Below are positions 29,734-34,337 of a stretch of 34,337 nucleotides of DNA, piece after piece. The translations under genes were made by a program, and so were the position numbers. Location of the stretch: contig DXFC01000325.1 in NCBI GenBank assembly GCA_019114645.1, positions 1 to 34,337 of the forward strand, given 5' to 3'. The notes beneath the pieces were generated by a model. The model ran no database searches. It had not been told where the DNA came from and saw only the letters and a program-made list of their open reading frames with translations. The first letter of the stretch is position 1, and every line of letters starts with the position of its first letter. The DNA is from Candidatus Halomonas stercoripullorum. Its GTDB lineage: Bacteria; Pseudomonadota; Gammaproteobacteria; Pseudomonadales; Halomonadaceae.

Positions 29734-31465
29734 GCAGGTCGAAACTCAGAATCGGGCGCGGAACGCCGCGCTCGAAACGCGCCCATGGCAGCCAGCGCTG
29801 GATGCGCCCGTCGGGACCTGCGACCAGGCGACCGGTCGCGCCGTGGTATTCACTTTCGGGCAAGAGCTGTAATTGGGGCAGTCGGCGGGCCAACTCATAG
29901 GCATCAACGCCCATGGCCATGAGACGAAACGTACCCGGGTCGGCTTCGGGTAGCAGCTCCCGGTAGCTGTCCAGGTAAGGTAACGCCTCGACGCCACCCA
30001 CGGCGGCGTCGGGGATCTGCCAGGGAATATCGACGAAATAAACATCGTCGAGATCATGGTCGAGGAGGGGTTGCGGGCGCCCTTCGTAAAGGTGGGAAGT
30101 GGCGTAGATCGGTAGATCGTTGGCACCGATATAGTCCAGGTTGGGTGGTACCTGGCGGGCGTAACTGGGCAGGGCCAGCAGGAACAGCATGTCGGGGTGA
30201 CCGCCGCTGACGGTTTGGCGAGTGCTCTCGGTAGCCGCCCCTTGAGGATTGTAAGAGACACTATTGGTGATGGCGCCACCGTTTTCGCTCCATGCTTCAG
30301 TAAAGGCGCGTCCCACGCGGCTGCCCCATTCGTTGTTGGGTACCAGCAGGGCACTGCGGTGATGTCCATCCTCACGACCGCGCCGGGCTACCTGGCGCGC
30401 TTCATCCTCGGCGGAAAGGCCATATTGAAACAGGCCATTGGCGCGATTGCCTGGATTGTCACCATAGTTCAGAGCCAGCGTAGGCAACGGCACGCTATCG
30501 CGGCTTTCAAGCTCGGTAACCAGGCCCTTGGCTAAGGGACCAACGACGACCTGGGCACCCCTGTTCCGGGCTTCGGCATACAGGGCTTCGAGATTGCCGT
30601 CCTGACTATCGAGAAAAGTGAGCTGAACTCCGCCGCTGCGCTCGACGCTGTTCAGATGCTGAGTGCGCATGCCGGTGCGAATCGACTCGGCGACGCTGCT
30701 CAACGGACCGGATTCGGGCAGGAATACTGCAATATGGCGGACCTCCTGACCGCGCAGTTCACGCAGTGCCAGCAAGTCGGCGGGTACCCGGCGCGCTGCG
30801 GGGTGCTGGGAGTGGCGCCCCCGCCATGTGTCGAGCCGAGCCAAGAGTCGTTCGATGTCACCGTCGCTGTCACGTACCAGGCGGGCGAGATCGAGCCAGC
30901 CTTGGGTGTGCTCATCGGCATCCTGATACAACTGGCTCATCTCGCCGATATCGAGGCGCGAGAGCGAGCTCCAAATAGCATCGTTCAATGCTTCCTGGTC
31001 GGTACGGGCTTGTACATACAGGAGCTGCTCGGCTGCCGCTACATGATCATCCCGCTGGGCCAGTGCCAGTCCCAGGCGTTGTCGCAGGGTCAACTCGGCA
31101 TCTTGCGGCAGTTCGATCTGATCGAGCACCTGGGCAGCCTGGATCACGGCACGTGGCACGTCGAGCGCTTCGCCAAGTTCTGACTGGAGCATGGCCCACT
31201 GCAGTCGATATTCGGCCGGCAGCTGGGTGTGGTCGAACGTGCGCAACACTTCCAGTGCCTGGGTGCGCTCCCCTTGTCGTGCTAGGATGTCCGCCGCTTC
31301 GAGCCGGGTAATAGCCGCCTGCACCGGCTCCTGCTGCCGTGCTTGTTCGAGCATGCGGGCGGGATCATCGTCGGGTGCGCGATCGATGATGCCGGGTGGG
31401 GTACAGCCGGCCACCAGCAGGCCGAAGAGTGCAGTGGCCAGCAGGCCGCGGGGTGTTTTTAACAT
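29699..31465 (-). CDS. lpoA: Penicillin-binding protein activator LpoA (LppC family lipoprotein)
   Basis: Lipobox LVAGC after the ATG at 31465, HPAA, IAVFLPESG, VVGPLAK, TLALNY, GLSAEDEA, IYATS, LMAMGVDAY. Confidence 0.92.
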   Translation of the reverse strand: MLKTPRGLLATALFGLLVAGCTPPGIIDRAPDDDPARMLEQARQQEPVQAAITRLEAADILARQGERTQALEVLRTFDHTQLPAEYRLQWAMLQSELGEALDVPRAVIQAAQVLDQIELPQDAELTLRQRLGLALAQRDDHVAAAEQLLYVQARTDQEALNDAIWSSLSRLDIGEMSQLYQDADEHTQGWLDLARLVRDSDGDIERLLARLDTWRGRHSQHPAARRVPADLLALRELRGQEVRHIAVFLPESGPLSSVAESIRTGMRTQHLNSVERSGGVQLTFLDSQDGNLEALYAEARNRGAQVVVGPLAKGLVTELESRDSVPLPTLALNYGDNPGNRANGLFQYGLSAEDEARQVARRGREDGHHRSALLVPNNEWGSRVGRAFTEAWSENGGAITNSVSYNPQGAATESTRQTVSGGHPDMLFLLALPSYARQVPPNLDYIGANDLPIYATSHLYEGRPQPLLDHDLDDVYFVDIPWQIPDAAVGGVEALPYLDSYRELLPEADPGTFRLMAMGVDAYELARRLPQLQLLPESEYHGATGRLVAGPDGRIQRWLPWARFERGVPRPILSFDLLDGISDNASGE

Positions 31466-31567
31466 GCATTTTTCCTTGTCCGCGGGCCAGTGAGGTGTGA
31501 TGCCGCCTTCCTGTACCCGATATTCAGTAACGCTCGGCTCAGTCCGACAGCCGCCTGAGGAGCCGCC

Positions 31568-32425
31568 ATGTCTGATAATACTCTCGGTATAGTGTACGTG
31601 GTCGCCACGCCGATTGGGAATCTGGAGGATTTGAGCCCCAGGGCGGCCAGGTTGTTGGGAGAGGTGGCACTGATTGCCGCGGAAGATACACGGCATACCG
31701 CACGGCTGTTGCGCCACCTCGGTCTAGCGGTTCCGCTGCTGTCGCTGCATGAGCACAATGAGGCCGCTCGGGTCGACCAGCTCGATGAGCGCTTACTGCG
31801 AGGCGAGAGCATCGCCCTGGTCAGTGATGCCGGCACGCCCTTGATCAGCGATCCGGGGTTCGTGCTGGTGCGCGAGCTGCGTCGGCGCGGGCGGCGTATT
31901 GTGCCGGTGCCTGGCGCCTGTGCGCTGGTGGCCGCATTGAGTGCGGCGGGGTTGCCGACTGACCGTTTTCTCTTCCAGGGTTTTTTGCCGGCCAAGCCGG
32001 GCGCCCGGCGTCAACGGCTGGAAGCGCTGCTCGAGCGCAGCGAGACGCTGGTCTTTTATGAATCACCCCACCGTATTCGCGAGACATTGGCGGCCATGGC
32101 TGCGCTGTTTGGCAAGCGGCGGATGGTGCTGGCGCGGGAGTTGACCAAGACATTCGAGACCTTCCTCGATGGCGATGCGGCAGCGATTCTAGCCTGCATG
32201 GAGGCGTACCCGGACCAGGCACGTGGCGAGTTCGTGATCATGCTGGCGGGAGCCGAGTCGCGTGATGAAGCACAAAGTGCCAAGGTAGAGGGCGCGGCAT
32301 TGTTGGCAGCCCTGCTGGCGGAAGGAGTCGGGGTCAAGCAGGCGGCCAGTATAGCCGCACGGCTGCTGGGTGGTGCCAAGAAAGGTTGGTATGCCCAGGC
32401 GCAGACCTTGAAGGAGAAGCGCTGA
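31568..32425 (+). CDS. rsmI: 16S rRNA C1402 2'-O-methyltransferase
   Basis: YVVATPIGNLED, AAEDTRHT, VSDAGTPLISDPG, FYESPHR, ARELTKTFET, RGEFV. Confidence 0.97.
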   Translation: MSDNTLGIVYVVATPIGNLEDLSPRAARLLGEVALIAAEDTRHTARLLRHLGLAVPLLSLHEHNEAARVDQLDERLLRGESIALVSDAGTPLISDPGFVLVRELRRRGRRIVPVPGACALVAALSAAGLPTDRFLFQGFLPAKPGARRQRLEALLERSETLVFYESPHRIRETLAAMAALFGKRRMVLARELTKTFETFLDGDAAAILACMEAYPDQARGEFVIMLAGAESRDEAQSAKVEGAALLAALLAEGVGVKQAASIAARLLGGAKKGWYAQAQTLKEKR

Positions 32426-32441
32426 TCCGGCGTTGAAAGGA

Positions 32442-32470
32442 TTGAGAGGGTTCGGTGGCACTGGTATTCT
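32442..32470 (+). promoter_or_regulatory. Sigma-70 promoter of rnpB (TTGAGA-17-TATTCT, extended TG, GC-rich discriminator)
   Basis: TTGAGA 32442-32447, 17-bp spacer, TGgTATTCT ending at 32470, 7 nt before the RNA 5' end. Confidence 0.75.
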
Positions 32471-32477
32471 TGCGCTC

Positions 32478-32836
<359 letters not shown>

Positions 32837-32905
32837 CCATTTCTACACGTGCGTGACCGGTCAGGGCCGACACGCCTCACCGAGCTGGAGCGATCAGGGA
32901 AGCGC

Positions 32906-33862
32906 ATGTCGCCATCTGCCGTTGAACCGAACCGACACGGCTTTCGCCACGCCAGCGTACTGCTGGACGGTGCTGTGGAGACACTGGTGCATGATCCGGC
33001 CGGAGTCTACCTGGATGGCACCTTTGGGCGCGGCGGTCACTCTCGTGCCATTCTTGCACGACTCGCGGAAAAGGGCCGTTTGCTGGCTATTGACCGTGAC
33101 CCTCAAGCCATCGCTGAGGCGCGCAAGCTGGAAGACCCGCGCTTTACCATTGAGCAAGCCGAGTTTGCCAATCTTGGCGAGGTCACACGGCAGCATGACC
33201 TGCATGGACGGTTGTCGGGTATCTTGCTGGATATCGGCGTGTCATCGCCACAGCTGGATGATCCCGAGCGGGGCTTCAGTTTTCTGCGCGATGGTCCGCT
33301 GGACATGCGCATGGACCCGACCCAGGGGGTGAGTGCCGCTGAGTGGCTGGCACGTGCGGCTGAAGCTGATATCGCTCATGTCTTCAAGGTTTACGGTGAA
33401 GAGCGCTACGCCAGGCGTCTGGCGCGGGCCATCGTCGAGCGACGCAAAGAGCGGCCTTTTGTGCGTACCGGGGATCTGGCCAGTGTGATCAAGGCTGCCC
33501 ATCCGGCCTGGGAGAAGGGCAAGCATCCTGCGACACGCGCCTTCCAGGCCCTGCGTATCCATGTCAATGCCGAGCTCGAACAGCTCGACGCGGCGCTTGC
33601 GGCGGCACTGGAAGCGCTGGCCCCGGGCGGGCACCTGGTGGTGATCAGCTTCCACTCGCTGGAGGATCGTCGCGTCAAGCGCTTTATCCGTGAGCATGTG
33701 CGGGGCGATACCGACTTGCCGCGCGGCATGCCGCTGCGTGACGATCAGCTCTCGCGTCGCCTGGCCATGCTGGGCAAGGCGCAGCGCCCTTCGGCGGAGG
33801 AGGTGTCGGCTAATCCACGGGCGCGCAGTGCGGTGATGCGCGCTGCACGCAAGCTGGCCTGA
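32906..33862 (+). CDS. rsmH: 16S rRNA C1402 N4-methyltransferase (MraW)
   Basis: [70 protein letters not shown]. Start trimmed to the ATG at 32906. Confidence 0.97.
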   Translation: MSPSAVEPNRHGFRHASVLLDGAVETLVHDPAGVYLDGTFGRGGHSRAILARLAEKGRLLAIDRDPQAIAEARKLEDPRFTIEQAEFANLGEVTRQHDLHGRLSGILLDIGVSSPQLDDPERGFSFLRDGPLDMRMDPTQGVSAAEWLARAAEADIAHVFKVYGEERYARRLARAIVERRKERPFVRTGDLASVIKAAHPAWEKGKHPATRAFQALRIHVNAELEQLDAALAAALEALAPGGHLVVISFHSLEDRRVKRFIREHVRGDTDLPRGMPLRDDQLSRRLAMLGKAQRPSAEEVSANPRARSAVMRAARKLA

Positions 33863-33870
33863 GGTGGATC

Positions 33871-34200
33871 ATGGCGCTATCACGCTTGTCGCCCCGTTCG
33901 CTACGCCATGCCTGGTCCGCCATCAACTGGCCCAACGGGCGTCTAATGCTGGTCATCGGGCTGGTGCTGGCCTGTCTGCTGAGCGCTGTCGCGGTGATCA
34001 GTACAACGCATCAGACCCGCGCGCAGTTTGTGCGCTTGCAGCAGCTTGAGCGTGAGCGTGACCAGTTACAGACCGAGTGGGGGCAGCTGCTGCTTGAAGA
34101 GAGTGCCTGGTCTTCACCGGCACGTATCGAGCGTCAAGCCACCGAAAGACTGGATATGCGCTTGCCACATGTGGAGGAAGTCGAGGTGATCCGGCCATGA
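33871..34200 (+). CDS. ftsL: Cell division protein FtsL
   Basis: Basic N-terminus, one TM, coiled coil with EWGQLLLEESAW..RIERQA..LDM. Confidence 0.94.
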   Translation: MALSRLSPRSLRHAWSAINWPNGRLMLVIGLVLACLLSAVAVISTTHQTRAQFVRLQQLERERDQLQTEWGQLLLEESAWSSPARIERQATERLDMRLPHVEEVEVIRP

Positions 34201-34337
34201 GCACCGAAGTGCGCACCGCTGCACGCTCCCGGCGCCGTTTGGCAATCACTCCCATGGGCGGTCTGCGCTACGGTGTGGTGCTTGGCGTGATCATTCTGGG
34301 CATGCTGTTATTGGCCGGCCGCATCGTGACCCTGCAT
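34197..34337 (+). CDS. ftsI: FtsI/PBP3 N-terminus (partial; not in the ORF track)
   Basis: ATGA overlap with the ftsL stop. Reads MSTEVRTAARSRRRLAITPMGGLRYGVVLGVIILGMLLLAGRIVTLH (basic tail plus TM) to the window edge. dcw synteny. Confidence 0.8.
   Translation, partial: MSTEVRTAARSRRRLAITPMGGLRYGVVLGVIILGMLLLAGRIVTLH

Noticed and set aside
32207-32209. Tyr in RsmI EAYPDQARGE where Asp might be expected
   Set aside because: It lies in a variable loop, and I cannot establish conservation without an alignment.

Overview
This is a 34.3-kb, GC-rich, gene-dense core-chromosome segment of a gammaproteobacterium. Protein style and synteny suggest Halomonadaceae or a Pseudomonas-like relative (inference). 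Left to right it carries yhdP(3' part)-tldD, yjgA/darP (antisense), pmbA; the leftward kdsD-kdsC-lptCAB-rpoN-hpf-ptsN-rapZ-npr cluster; mlaFEDCB-bolA/ibaG-murA-hisG(short)-hisD; degS/algW, a Nif3/YbgI gene, zapG(yhcB), zapE; rplM-rpsI; petABC (cytochrome bc1); sspAB; lpoA-yraN-gmhA-dolP; rsmI; the RNase P RNA gene rnpB; and the start of the dcw cluster (rsmH-ftsL-ftsI). I see no mobile element, CRISPR array, prophage, defence island or unexplained ORF, and no clearly new multi-gene system. The best leads are regulatory or architectural. (1) The dcw cluster lacks mraZ and starts 69 bp behind rnpB with no terminator. (2) A consensus sigma-54 site lies upstream of rpoN itself. (3) NPr carries unusual substitutions near its phospho-sites. 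(4) tldD-[yjgA]-pmbA may be a non-contiguous operon. (5) Face-to-face -10 boxes sit between degS and the Nif3 gene. (6) rplM has a three-hairpin leader. All gene names come from recognising motifs and synteny, not from database searches.
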